A program made the translations under genes and the position numbers. A stretch of 64,000 nt of DNA from Eledone cirrhosa (lineage: Eukaryota), in assembly GCA_964016885.1 (NCBI GenBank), contig OZ024756.1, positions 7,316,001-7,380,000 of the forward strand, in the 5' to 3' direction. Below, in pieces: positions 44,830 through 58,061 of this stretch (positions within the stretch are counted from its first letter, which is position 1; each line of letters opens with the position of its first letter). The notes under the pieces are model-generated. The model was not told the DNA's origin. It worked only from the letters and a program-made list of their open reading frames with translations, and made no database searches.

Positions 44830-47800
44830 ACTGACACTACTACTACCACTACTGTGACACCACTACCACCACTACCACCACTACTACCACTACTACCACT
44901 ACTGTGACACTACTACTACCACTACTGTGACACTACTACTACTACTACTATTGTGACACCACTACCACCACAACTACCACTACTACTACTACTACTACCA
45001 CTACTACTGTGACACCACTACCACCACAACTACCACCACTATTGTGACACTACCACTACTACTGTGACACTACTACTACTACTGACACCACTACCACCAC
45101 AACTACCACCACTACCACCACTACTACTACTACCACTACTACTACTGTGACACTACTATGACACTACTACTACTACCACTACTGTGACACTACCACTAAT
45201 ACTGTGACACTACTACTCTGACACTACTACTACTACTACCACCACTACTGTGACACAACTACTACTACTTCTACTACCACTACTGAGACACTACCGCTAC
45301 TACTGTGACACTACTACTACTACCACTACTGTGACACTACTACTACTACTACCACTACTGTGACACCACTACCACCACTACTACCACTACTACCACTACT
45401 GTGACACTACTACTCTGACACTACTACTACTACTACTACTGTTACACTACCGCTACTACTGTGACACTACTAATACTACTACCACTACTGTGAGACTACA
45501 ACTACTACTATTAATGTGACACTAACACCACTACTACTACCACTACTACTACTGTGACACTACCACTACTACTATTACTGTGACACTACAACACTACTAC
45601 AACTACTGTGACACTACCACCACTACTACTACTACTGTGACACTACCACCACTACTTTCACTGTGACACCACCACCACTACCACCACTACTTCCACTGTG
45701 ACACCACCACCACTACTTTCACTGACACCACCACCACTACCACCACTACTTTTACTGTGATACTACCACCACCACTACTATTACTGTGACACTACCACCA
45801 CTACTATTACTGTGACACTACCACCACTACTATTGCTGTGACACTATCACCACTACCACCATTACTGTGACACTACCACTACTGCCACCACTACTATTGT
45901 TGTGACACTACTACCACTACTATGACACTACCACCACTACCACCAATACTATTACTGTGACACTACCACCACTACCACCACTACTATTACTGTGATACTT
46001 CCACCAAGACTACCACTACTATTACTGTGATACTAACACCACTACCACTATTACTATTTCTGTGACTACCACCACCACTACCACCACTACTACCACTACT
46101 ATTACTGTGACACTACCACCACTACTATTTCTGTGACACCACTACCACCACTACTATGTATGTGACACCAGTATCACCACTACAACCACTACTATAACTG
46201 TGACACTACCACCACTGCCACAACTACTATTACAACTACTATTACTGTGACACTACCACCAGTACCACCACTACTATTACTGTGATACTACCACCACTAC
46301 CACCACTACTATTACGGTGACACTACCACCACTACCACCACTACTATTACGGTGACACTACCACCACTACCACCACTACTATTACGGTGACACTACTACC
46401 AGTACCACCACTACTATTACTGTGATACTACCACCTCTACCACTACTATTGCTGTGATACTACCACCAGTACCACCACTAAACCACCACCAAGACCACTA
46501 CACCACTACATCACCACACCAACACTACACCACCACCATCACCACCACCACACCACTTCACCACCACACCACCACCACCACTACATCACAACCACCACCA
46601 CTACACCACCACCACAGCACCACACCACCACCACTACACAACCACCACCACTACACCACCATCACAACCAGCACCACTACACCACCACACCACTTCACCA
46701 CCACCACCACCACACCACCACACGCCCACACCACCACTACACCTCCACCACCACATCATCACCACACCACCACCACCACTTCACCTCCACCACCACCCCT
46801 ACACCACCACCACTACATCACCACCACCACCACCACACCTCCACCACCACAACACCACCACCACATCACCTCCACCACCACCACTACACCTCCACCACCA
46901 GTACATCACCATCACCATCACTGCACAACCACCTCCTCTACACCACCACTACCACTACGCCTCCACCACCAATACACCACCACCACCACCACATCACCAC
47001 AACCACCACACCTCCACCACCACCACGTCACCATCACCACACCACCAACACAACCACTACACCACCACCACCATTGCTATATATCCTGTCGTAGTTAAAG
47101 ACAAAGGATTAGTGGCCATGTCGTATTTATTATGTCATTTCTTTGTGATATGTAACGTGTGGTGTGGTGTGGAGTGGTGTGGAGAGGATGGTGGGGTGGT
47201 GGGGTGTAGTGTGGTGGGGTGTGGTGTGGTGGGGTTTGGTGGGGTGTGGAGAGGGTGGTGGGATGGTGTGGTGTGGTGTAGTGTGGTGTGGTGTGTGTGG
47301 TGGGATGGTGTGGTGTGGTGTCGTGCAGTGTTGTGTGGTGTGTGTGGTGGGATGGTGTGGTGTGGTGTCGTGCAGTGTTGTGTGGTGTAGTGTAGTGTAG
47401 TGTGGTGTGGTGTGGTGTGATGTGGTGTGGAGAGGGTGGTGGGATGGTGGGATGTAGTGTGTGTGGTGTGGTGTGGTGTAGTGTGGTGTGGTGTGTGTAG
47501 TTGGATGGTGTGGTGTGGTGCAGTGTGGTGTGGTGTGGTGTGGTGAGGGTGGTGGGATGGTGTGGTGTGGTGTGGTGTGGTGTGGTGTGGTGTGGTGTGG
47601 TGTGGTGTGGTGAGGGTGGTGGGATGGTGTGGTGTGGTGTGGTGTGGTGTGGTGTGGTGGTGGTGTAGTGGGTGGTGGGGTGGGGTGGGGGTGAGTGTGG
47701 TGGGGTGTGTGGTGTGAGTGGGGTGTGGAGAGGGTGGGGGTGGCGTGGTGTAGTGTAGTGTGGTGAGGTGTGGTGTGGTGTGTGTGGTGTGGTGTGAGGT

Positions 47801-48420
47801 GGTGGTGTGGTGTGTGGTGTGGTGTGTGGTGTGGTGTGTGGTGTGGTGTTGGGTGGTGGTGTGGTGTGAGTGTGGTGTGGTATGGTGTGGTGTGGTGTGT
47901 GGTGCAAGTGTGGTGTGAGTGTGGTGTGAGTGTGGTGTGATGTGGTGTGGTGTGGTGTCTGGTGTAGTGTGTGTGGTGTGGTGGTGCCGTGTGGTGTGGT
48001 GTGGTGTAGTGTGGTGTGTTGTAGTGTGCTGTGGTGTGGTGTGGTGTAGTGTGTGGTGTGGTGTGGTGTAGTTTGGTGTGGTGTAGTGTAGTGTAGTGTA
48101 GTGTAGTGTCGTGTAGTGTCGTGTCGTGTAGTGTGGTGTGTCGTGTGGTGTAGTGTGTGGTGTGATGTGGTGGTGTAGTGTGTGTTGTAGTGTGGTGTGG
48201 TGTAGTGTAGTGTGTGTAGCGTGGTGTGGTGTTGTAGTGTGGTGGTGTAGTGTGGTGGTGTGTGTTGTAGTGTGGTGGTGTGTGTTGTGTGGTGTGATGT
48301 AGTGTGGTGTGGTGTGTGTAGTGTTGTGTGGTGTGTGTAGTGTGGTGTAGTGTGTTGTGGTGTGGTGTGGTCTAATGTGTGTGGTGGTGTGGTGTGGTGT
48401 GGTGTGGTGTACGTGTGTAT
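44830..48420. repeat. (ACT/ACC)n-TGTGAC minisatellite, (CAC)n tract and opposing (GTG/GTGTG)n tract
   Basis: Visible low-complexity sequence. Confidence 0.92.
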
Positions 48421-48557
48421 TTGTGTATGACATGTGTAAAGATCAACGGGTTTCTGTGTGATGTGTGTGTGTGTCTATGTCTGTATGAGCAGTGTGTCTG
48501 TGTGGTGTGTATGTGTGTGTATCTCGGTGTGTAGTGTGTCTTTGTGTTTGTCGCTGT

Positions 48558-48599
<42 letters not shown>

Positions 48600-49169
48600 T
48601 TGTCGCTGTCTCTGTGCGTGTGTGTGTGTGTGTTTGTGTTTGACGATGTGTGTGTGTCTTTGTATGTGTGTGTGTGTGTGTTTGTCGCTGTCTCTGTGTG
48701 TGTCTTTGTGTTTGTCGCTGTCTGTGTGTGTGTGTGTGTGTGTGTATTTGTCGCTGTGTTTGTGTGTGTGTGTCTTTGTGTTTATCGCTGTCTCTCTGTG
48801 TGTGTCTGTCTGTCTGTCTGTGAGTATGAGTGTGTGTGTGTGTGTGTGTGTGTCAGTCAGTCAGTGTCTGTGTGTGTATCTCTGTTTGTCGCTGTCTCTC
48901 TGTATGTCTGTCTGTCTATCTGTGTGTGTGTGTGTCTGTGTAACAGTATGAACTAGTCGATGAAATATTGCCCCCACCCCTCACGGCTCCAAGCCGTTCG
49001 CCCATTACTGTGATGGATTAACTCACCGAAGCCAGATAATCTTTAATAGCTGTCCTCTCCCCGCCCCACCCCCATACACACAACAACAACAACAACACAA
49101 ATATATTCAAATGCTAGAATAATGTTTTCCTATAATTGAGTGTTCGAAAAAAAAACGAAGAAAACTGTA

Positions 49170-49489
49170 CGAGGGTCGCTTGAAGAGTCAGAGGCTGACT
49201 ATGAAGGAGTGATGCTGGAGCTGTGAAATATTTCATGCATTAATTTCTTAATTTCAACTCATCTTAAAGTTAATAATTGTTTCTACGTTAGGCACAAGGC
49301 CAGCAAATACCCAGTGTATTACTGGTACTTTATTTTATCCACCCCGTAAGGATGAAAGGCAAAGTTAACCCCGACGGGATTTGGACTCAGAATGGCAAGG
49401 GCCGTAACTTCTAATGTAGAAAAATCAATTTCATTTGGTCATTTCATGAGAGTATCTTGGTCCGCCTATGAACGCTTCACCCAGCCCTC

Positions 49490-49490
<1 letters not shown>
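49170..49490. mobile_element. Non-autonomous Tc1/mariner-type element with a nested SINE (49274-49410, minus)
   Basis: Imperfect TIRs CGAGGGTCGCTTGAAGAGTCAGAGGCTGAC vs CGAGGGCTGGGTGAAGCGTTCATAGGCGGAC (rc); TA on both sides. Confidence 0.7.
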
Positions 49491-49558
<68 letters not shown>

Positions 49559-49615
49559 TATAAGTAGGTCGAGTTTACTTGCAAACCGCCAGAGATTCGA
49601 TTTTACTAAATGTCC

Positions 49616-49658
<43 letters not shown>

Positions 49659-50362
49659 AGAAAAAATAGGAAAATCTGCTTCGTAGAATCAAGACGTATC
49701 TGAGGACCTTGCGATTTTCAGAGTCATGTTCGATCATCACATCGATCGTGCCTCGAGCTGGTCGCCAGAGAAAAGAATGTAATATGTCCAATAAATTCCA
49801 TTCGTCGCAACACTGATTCTCTTTTTTTCTGTGATATCATACTCTGCTCTCATAGAGCATCCCGCATACGGACGCTTTAAGCATCCAACACCACATATCT
49901 ACACTAGCAGAAAAACCACCCTTACGGGTGGTTTTCTGCTGGCATGTGTAGTGTGTATATTGATATTATACGCAAGTATATATACATGTAGATATGATCA
50001 AATAAAATCGTAATTGACAATATACACAGACATTGAACGAAGACTGCGTTACACTGTCTTATGTAATCAGTCACGTAATACATGATACGTTAAAAAAAGA
50101 CGATATTATATATAAACTGCATTAGTGATAGAAAATTAGTATGTTTATTTAAGTGATCGCCACCGGAAGTGTTGACATCACACACACTCTCTCTCTATAT
50201 ATATATGGTAGTTGAAGTGGTGGTGGTGGCAACGATATACCGGAAGTGCAACTTTGAAAAGAAGTCAATTTTAAATTATTTATTTTTACGACATTATTTT
50301 TGTTTACGAAATTTAGAAGATAAATTCTGTAATATTCATTCATTATTTATTCAAAGTAATTA

Positions 50363-50552
50363 GGGCGGGGATTGGCAGTATCGGTAGAGGGTCGGACGCC
50401 ATGCTTTGACGCATAGAGTTACGGCCCTTGCCATTCTGAGTTCAAATCCTGCCGAGGTTGACTTTGCCTTTCAACCTTACGGAGTCGATAAAATAAAGTA
50501 CCAGTAATACACTGGCTAATCGCTGGCCTTGTGCCAAAAGTAGAAACGATTA
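50363..50552 (+). mobile_element. tRNA-derived SINE (main family)
   Basis: Full match to the family consensus. Confidence 0.88.
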
Positions 50553-50645
50553 TTTATTCAAAGTAATCGAACTTATTTTACTAACGGGATAAAAAAAGAA
50601 AAACCGTACGCAGTCCCGCAGACTTCCTTTACTATAGTTTAGATA

Positions 50646-50682
<37 letters not shown>

Positions 50683-50684
<2 letters not shown>

Positions 50685-50895
50685 GATATTAATAAATGGA
50701 AACTATATTTATAAAACCATATTTATTTCATTATACATATTTTAGGGATACCACATTAAATTATGGTATGCCTTCATCAGACAAAATACAATATATAACA
50801 GTTTTATAAATAGCTTTGACGTACCCTTTTAAAATACAACCATTACTTTTGGAGGCTGTCTGGATAGTGATTTGTTTATATTGTTTTACTAAGTC
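50683..50895 (-). mobile_element. Small (TA)n-inserted element with decayed HHR (50730-50785)
   Basis: Minus strand ttgt-CTGATGA-aggcataccata...tgtggtatccct-AAAA-tatgt-ataa. Confidence 0.55.
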
Positions 50896-50987
50896 ATATA
50901 TATATATATATATATATATAACAGATTAAAGTTTAAGCAAAGAATCGCTGCTTTCACCCTTAACGGGATCTTCTAACGTTTATTATT

Positions 50988-51172
50988 AGTGGATTGGCAG
51001 TATCGGAAGAGGGTCGGACGCCATGCTTTCCAGCATAGTTACGTCCCTTTACGATCTGAGTTCAAATCCCGCCGAGGTTGACTTTGCCTTTCATCCTTAC
51101 GGGGTCGATAAAATAAAGTACCAGTAATGCACTGGGTAATTTGCTGGCCTTGTGCCTAAAGTAGAAACAATT
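50988..51172 (+). mobile_element. tRNA-derived SINE (main family)
   Basis: Full match. Confidence 0.88.
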
Positions 51173-51461
51173 ATTATTACTATATATGTGTCTGTAAATT
51201 AAAGGTGGAAAACTGGGAGAGGGCACTTGCCCTGGTGGTCAGGGTCACTGTGGCTTTTTAATGGGCTTTCTCCTCGAATGTCGCTCGGAAGTCTCCCCCT
51301 ATTGGGGAATGTTTTCATTGTTCTATTATTACATCCTCTGTTTCTTGTTTTTTACACGGATAAATGCCCATTTGTACCGTCTTGTATTGTCCTGTACTGT
51401 CCTTAATGTCTACTTTATGTAAACCTTTGTGGTTAATAAAGAAAGCATTATTATTACTATA

Positions 51462-51491
<30 letters not shown>

Positions 51492-51494
<3 letters not shown>

Positions 51495-51682
51495 CGTTTC
51501 TACTTTAGGCACAAGGCCAGCAATTACCCCAGTGTATTACTGGTTCTTTATTTTATCGACCCCGTAAGGATGAAAGGTAAAGTTAACCTCGGCAGGATTT
51601 GAAATCAGACCATAAAGGGCCGTAACTCTTTGCTGCAAAGCATGGTGTCCGACCCTCTACCGATACTGCCGATCCACCGCCC
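51492..51682 (-). mobile_element. tRNA-derived SINE (main family) with (TTA)n tail
   Basis: Full match. Confidence 0.88.
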
Positions 51683-52004
51683 TAATAACAATAATAATAA
51701 TAATGAGTTTAATCGAAGTTGCAGCTGCAAGAAGCAGACTAGCCTCGATCATCGAAGACTTCTGAGGTTTTGTCTGCGAGACGCAGCCACAATACTGCTA
51801 CGTCCTAAGCCCGCACCACTTCACCCCTTCCCACTCCCACCCGTGACCCTCGAGTTCTTACTTTTCCCTTATTTAATTGATTATATGTATGTATTTCTAT
51901 CTGATATAAATTGGATCGATCGACTTTCGTCAAATCGGACCGAGGAAACAATGTTTCCGTTGGTCTTTCCAGTTGCTAATACTATCTATCGGTCGCAACT
52001 CCAG

Positions 52005-52126
52005 GTAGAAGGAGCAACGTGAAATAAAGTGTCTTGCTCAAGGACATAAGCATCACCTGGTCCAGGAATCGAACTCACAACCTCAAGATTGTGAATCCAA
52101 TTCTCTAACCACTCAGCCACACGCCT
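52005..52126 (-). mobile_element. Second tRNA-derived SINE family (CORE-like domain)
   Basis: A box TGGCTGAGTGG, B box GAGTTCGATTCC, then GTCCTTGAGCAAGACACTT; relatives at 57868-57985 and 59448-60260. Confidence 0.75.
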
Positions 52127-52224
52127 TCATATAAATATAAATATAATTAAATATAATATAAATATAATTAAATTTAATGATATAAATATAATTAAAAGAG
52201 TTCTTTACATCTTCCATATATGTA

Positions 52225-52690
52225 TGGCCCCGTAACTCTTGATAGGGTCGTAGGGGTGCCGTGTTGACATACAACATTTCTTGGGCATTTTAACCCTGGA
52301 GGAGCCTATCCCTCTCCAGGCCTGAGTAGAGCAGATTTCTTCCAGAGAAAGATAGAAAGTGAGAAAGAGGAAATGAGAAAGAGATATAGAGGAAGAATCA
52401 ACACCAGTACTTTACTGGTACTTTTTTATCGACCTCGAAAAGATGAAAGGCAAAGATGACCTCGGTGGGATTTGAACTTAGAGAGTGGAGAGTTGGAACG
52501 AATACCCTAAAGCCTTCTATCGGACGTTCTAACCACTCTGCCAATTCACCGCCTTATAATAATGGTTTCTGATTTAGGCACAAGGCCAGCAATTTTGGGG
52601 GAGGGGAAAATCGATAAAATCGACCCCAGTGCGTGACTGGTACTTTATTTTATCGATCCCTTAACGATGAAAGGCAAAGTTAACCGCCTT
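52225..52690 (-). mobile_element. Two adjacent SINEs (variant-tail subfamily 52225-52555; main family 52560-52690)
   Basis: Shared head with the main family; the variant tail is also seen at 56228-56430, 57645-57830 and 60700-60950. Confidence 0.75.
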
Positions 52691-52711
52691 ATAATAATAA
52701 AACACGGTAGC

Positions 52712-53351
52712 AGCTAGACAACCATAGCCTGCGCATCGGCGTTCTCTGGGGCCCGGCCTCCGGATCTGCCAGCCACACCAATGTCGCTGCGGTCCTACCG
52801 TGGACTCTTTCGGCCTCCACCCGCTTTCCTGTCGCCACAGTGCCGGCCGCATTCCACGCCATGCTGCCCTCAACGAGGTCATTAAGCATGGCTTGGACGC
52901 TGCAGGCTTCCCTTCCCAGCTCGAGCCGATGAGGCTGGATCGAGGGGACGGCAAAAGGCCAGATGGCATGACCATCTTCCCGTTCCGCGGTGGCAAACCC
53001 CTCGTCTGGCATGCCACTTGCACCAACAATTTCTGCAGGCGCAACCTGGTACAGTCTGCGACTGACCCAGGTTCTGCTGCACGTCGGGCTGAGGAGGCCA
53101 AACTCCTCAAATACCGGTCGCTCTCTGACAGGTTTGCAGTCGTACCCCTGGCAGTGGAGACTTCTAGTGTCCTCGGTTCCAGGGCTACCTCCTTACTCAC
53201 CACCGTAGGCGCTGAGCTGGCCAGCCCCAGGTGTGAGCCCCGCGAGTTGGAGTGGCCCTTCCAACGTATCTCCCTCACAGTCCACCAGGGAAACGCCTTC
53301 TACATTCTGTCCGCCGGGTATGTGGGTGGGCCCCATCGCGTACCGTTTTAG
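52712..53351 (+). pseudogene. 3' fragment of an RLE-type (CRE-like) non-LTR retrotransposon: zinc knuckle + restriction-like endonuclease
   Basis: CRCGPTVDSFGLHPLSC, RHAALN, GKRPDGMT, PLAVETSSVLG, QRISLTVHQGNA. Confidence 0.85.
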
Positions 53352-54074
53352 TTGTTGTAGAGACACTTCTAATTAAATACACATTCTGAATTATTGGACA
53401 TTTTTCAGATGGAGATTAAAGAGAACAGAGTCTCGTTATAACTGGTCACCTATTCTCACTGTCTTTCATATCTTGGTTCTGTCTATTATCACCATTCAAT
53501 TGACCTTCGTCCTTCGGATTTCGGCGCTTTTGCGGTTTTAGTGTTGTAGCGTCCTACATGAAACCTTGTGGTGTCTTTTACAGTGTGTGTGTGCGTGTGT
53601 ATGTGTGTGTGTATGTGTATGTGTGTGTGTGTGTATGTGTGTGTATGTGTGTGTAGGTGTGTTTATGTATGCATGTATGTATGTGTGTATGTGTGTATGT
53701 GTGTGTGTGTATGGCTTCGTTGAGATATAATTTACACTTTTACAGTGTGCGTGTGTGTATGTATGTGTGTGTATATGTGTGTGTGTGCGTATGTGTGTAT
53801 GTATATGTGTATGTGTGTATGTGGCTTAGTTGAGAGTTAATCCATCACAACTAACAACGAAGGAAGGGGTTGGAAGTGTGGGAGGAAGAAGGATATGTCA
53901 TTGACTGGTTCACACCATTGACACGGGAGGTGGTGACGTGCATGCATCTGCCACTCTCCTTCTTCCTTCATACCATATAAGGAGCGGCTCTACATGTGTG
54001 TCAGCTTGTAATGTGTATGGTCTATAATCGTACACAATGTTGACTGAGCTTACATGGGTGCCTGGGAATTTATA

Positions 54075-54860
54075 CACACACACCGACACACACACGGATA
54101 CACACACACAGACACACACACACGGATACACACACACACAAACACACACATATGGATACACACAAACACACACACACATACGGATACACACACAAACACA
54201 CATGCGGATACACATACACAGACACACACACACACACAATTGTACATCTTACACAAACACACAGGGTCACACACAGGGACACACACACACACACAACATT
54301 GTACATTTACAAACACACACACACAGACACACAATTGTACATCTTACACAAACACACAGGGTCACACACAGGGACACACACACACACAACATTGTACATT
54401 TACAAACACAGACACACAATTGTACATCTTACACAAACACACAGGGACACACACACACACAACATTGTACATTTACAAACACACACACACAGACACACAA
54501 TTGTACATCTTACACAAACACACAGGGTCACACACAGGGACACACACACACACAACATTGTACATTTACAAACACACACACACAGACACACAATTGTACA
54601 TCTTACACAAACACACAGAGTCACACACAGGGACACACACACACACAATTGTACATCTTACACAAACACACAGGGTCACACACACACACAACATTGTACA
54701 TTTACAAACACACACACACAGACACACAATTGTACATCTGACACAAACACACAGGGACACACACACAAAAACACACAACCTTGTACATTTTACACACACG
54801 GACACACACAGAGATACACACAGGGTCACACACAGAGATACACACAGGGTCACACACACC
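54075..54860. repeat. CA-rich higher-order minisatellite (AATTGTACATCTTACAC / AACATTGTACATTTAC units)
   Basis: Visible. Confidence 0.9.
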
Positions 54861-54961
54861 TAGCGAGTCAGTTGTCATCCTTCTTCCCTCGCATTCATAG
54901 GCAACCATATATTGACAATAACCTTACAACCCACATCAAGGTCTGGCGCGCAGTACGACCT

Positions 54962-55031
<70 letters not shown>

Positions 55032-55489
55032 CACACGCACAGCCGACACGCACCTTTATTCCTGCGTCCCTGACATTTAACTCTCTTCCGGTAACTCTTC
55101 AACACCCAAGCCTCGTTCTGAAATGCTTACCTTCTAAAATGGCTGACTAAATGTAAACCTACTTTTCCTCTAGTCTAATTCATTCCCTTTCCTCCTCCTC
55201 CCGCCCTCATACTGTCTCAGCAGACATATATGTTTTCTACCAGTAATTAAAAAGGCGAGTCTTGTCGCATACTGTGTAACGCTGAATCTCCCTGAGAACT
55301 TTATACTTTAAAGATTTACTTGGGCGACTTATACGTTAATTTCACAAGCAGGCTGTTCCCATGTTTGTACTACCGGAACCCTCGTCACAACCGACGTAGA
55401 TCCAACATGTGTTCTGTCGTGACAACATCTGTATCGGGTTTGTTTAAATAGAAAGAAAATTAGCAATAATAATAATAATAATAATAATA

Positions 55490-55703
55490 AATGTTTCTAC
55501 TATAGGCACAAGGCCAGCATTTGAAGGCGAGGGGAAACTCGATTAAATCGATCCCAGCGCGTTACTGGTACTTTGTTTTATCAACCCCGTAAGGATGAAA
55601 GGTAAAGTTAAACTCGGCGGGATTTGGACTCAGAACGCAAAGGGCCGAAACTCTATGGTACGAAGCATAGCGTCCGACGCTCTACCGATTACTGCCAATC
55701 CAT
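55490..55703 (-). mobile_element. tRNA-derived SINE (main family)
   Basis: Full match. Confidence 0.85.
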
Positions 55704-56460
55704 CACCATTATAATTGTTTCTACTTTTGGCACAAGGCCAGCATTTTACTGGTAATGATGATGATTTCTTTATTGAGAAGAAAAAGAAGAAAAGAAAAAA
55801 TAAGAAAAAGGTGAAAGAAAAAGAAAAACCAAGAAAAGAAAATAAGAAAAGAAAAAAAAAGTGTGTGGTAATGGAGACAGAGAGAGAGAAAGAAATGTGT
55901 TGAAAGGATAAATAAGTATATTAAAGAAATATATAAATCAATGGAATGGCCCCCACCACCTCCACCACCACGACCCTTCCCCCACCTCCCTCAAGACATT
56001 TCACCCCTGTCAAGGTTCTAAGTACATGAACCTTCAAATGAGATCTGAAAAATGATTGTCACTCTCACGCCGACAGAACTACCTTAATAGCCAATGTTTG
56101 CTTTAAGTTTATTAAAATATCGTCAACGATAACTCATGTGAGACTAATTCGAGAGGTCGGGGTTCAATTTACCATAAGATATCTATTTATATCTTTCTCT
56201 AATATAAACGTGTGGGAATGTGGTAATAAGTGGCGAATTGACAGTCATGAGAATGTCAGATAGAATGATTTAGAGTATTCGTTGCGGCTCCCTGTCTCTC
56301 TGAGTTCAAATCCCGCCGAGGCCAACTTTGCCTTTCATCCATTCGACGTCGCGAACAAAGAAGTACCAGTCTAGTACTGGGGTCGAATCTTCCTCTATAT
56401 CTCTTTCTCATTTCCTCTCTCTCACTTTCTCTCATCACACACACATATATATATATATAT

Positions 56461-56655
56461 AAGTTTTAATATAGATGAGATTCTACAGGACTAGAACTGT
56501 TTTATTCTTTAGAAATCATCAGGAATTCCTGATAATATCTAAAGAATGAAACAGTTCTAGTCCTGTAGAATCTCATCTATATTAAAACTGTTATACTCTG
56601 GAATGTATTGAGTACCTTACTTACTGTGGTTACCTCCGATTCAACCCGGAATAAC

Positions 56656-56657
<2 letters not shown>
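56461..56657 (+). mobile_element. Fold-back element with head-to-head HHR cores, in (TA)n
   Basis: Near-perfect palindrome 56463-56588 centred on GGAATTCC; arm consensus CTGATGA-tttctaaagaat-GAAAC. Confidence 0.78.
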
Positions 56658-56690
<33 letters not shown>

Positions 56691-56691
<1 letters not shown>

Positions 56692-57115
56692 GGGATAACA
56701 AATTAGTCCACTTAGATGTAGTCCAGTTAGGGTACTCCGAGTAGTGAATGGTATCAACGCTTAGATAAGTTGCATTCAACAAAGCGTTTCCATAGTGATG
56801 TTGCGAGTACGCGGTGATTTCTATGTTGTTTACACTTGGAGTAATGATAATTCAAGAAAGAAGAGTGACACGGTTTGCTACACAATAAGGGTTTTAATCA
56901 TATTGCTGACAATTGTTTCTCTGAACTGGTAGGTCTAGAGATCGCTACCCGCCTGTTTCAGGAATTGACTGGTTATAACTATGTATTGGTGATCGATTGA
57001 CGCAGAAACAGGCGGGTAGCGTTCTCTAGACCTACCAGTTCAGAGAAACAATTGTCAGCAATGTGATTAAAGCCCTTATTGTATAGCAAACCGTGTTACT
57101 CTTCTTTCTGGATTT
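56691..57115 (-). mobile_element. Fold-back element with the 3' half of an HHR, in (TA)n
   Basis: Arms ~56852-56960/57003-57113 contain GAAAC-aatt-GTC; asymmetric tail. Confidence 0.75.
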
Positions 57116-57247
57116 ATATATATATATATAAACGTTTGAATATGTATAATAAAGCCAAAACAATGCAGGTATGGACATAGAAAAAAGAATGCAATTGCAA
57201 AAGATATTGTTGACAAATCGTCTTTTACCTTAGATTTATTTAAATGT

Positions 57248-57282
57248 CCTTAATTTTCGAGATAATATCTCTTCTTCAGAGG
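57248..57282 (-). ncRNA. Minimal type I hammerhead ribozyme
   Basis: cct-CTGAAGA-a-gagat/att/atctc-GAAA-at-TA-agg. Confidence 0.78.
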
Positions 57283-57570
57283 GAAATAAAGGTCTCAAAC
57301 CAGCCTTCTAAATATCTTGCCATATTCAATATCTTGCCATATTCAAACGTTTATACCTCATTACACAATGCTTCAAGTGAACTATAACCTCCTCCTATAT
57401 ATATATATATATGTTATGGAATACTGTTAGCTTCTCGCTACAACAATTTCTATACTTTTCATTTATATTTATATGTGTATATAAAAGGTAAACAAAATAA
57501 CTACACAATCGGTAGGTACAGTATATGGAAGGTATATATTAGGTTAACGATTGATATATAAGGAAGAGGG

Positions 57571-57606
57571 TGTTAACGTTTCGTACGCTACTCTTTCATC
57601 AGAAGA
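57571..57606 (-). ncRNA. Hammerhead motif, stems decayed (same family as 61999-62034)
   Basis: tctt-CTGATGA-aagagtagcgtac-GAAAC-GTT-aaca. Confidence 0.6.
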
Positions 57607-58029
57607 AAAAATGAGAAATAAAATAGATTGAGGATATATATAAAAAGTACCAGTCTAGTGCTGGGGTCGATTCTTCCTCTATGCCTCTTTCTCAGTTCCT
57701 CTCTCTCACTTTCTATCTTACTCTGGAAGAAATCTGCTGTAGTCTGGCCTGGAGAAGGAATGGGATTCCACCAGGCTAAAAATACCCAAGAAATGCCATA
57801 TGTCCATACGGCGCCCCTGCGATTTTATAAGGAGTTATGTGGGGAAAAACAGAAAGAAGAATGTGGACGCAGTATGGCGGAATGGTTAAGAAGTTGGTTT
57901 CTCAATAATTAAGGTCCAGGTTCGATCCCCCTGCGTGGTATTTTGGGCAAGTGTCATTTACCGTAGCCTCGGGTTGACACATGATTCCGTTTGTTGCGGT
58001 TGTAATCTCATGTTTGTTTCTGCGTGTGT

Positions 58030-58061
<32 letters not shown>

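Noticed and set aside
46480-48420. Facing (CAC)n and (GTG)n tracts as a true inverted repeat
   Set aside because: Complementarity is only compositional; unit structures differ
49906-49940. Rho-independent terminator or bacterial contamination
   Set aside because: No bacterial ORFs; surrounded by host SINEs and microsatellites
40029-55150. His/Thr/Pro-rich and Cys/Val-rich ORFs
   Set aside because: Derived from (TATG)n, (CAC)n and (CA)n repeats
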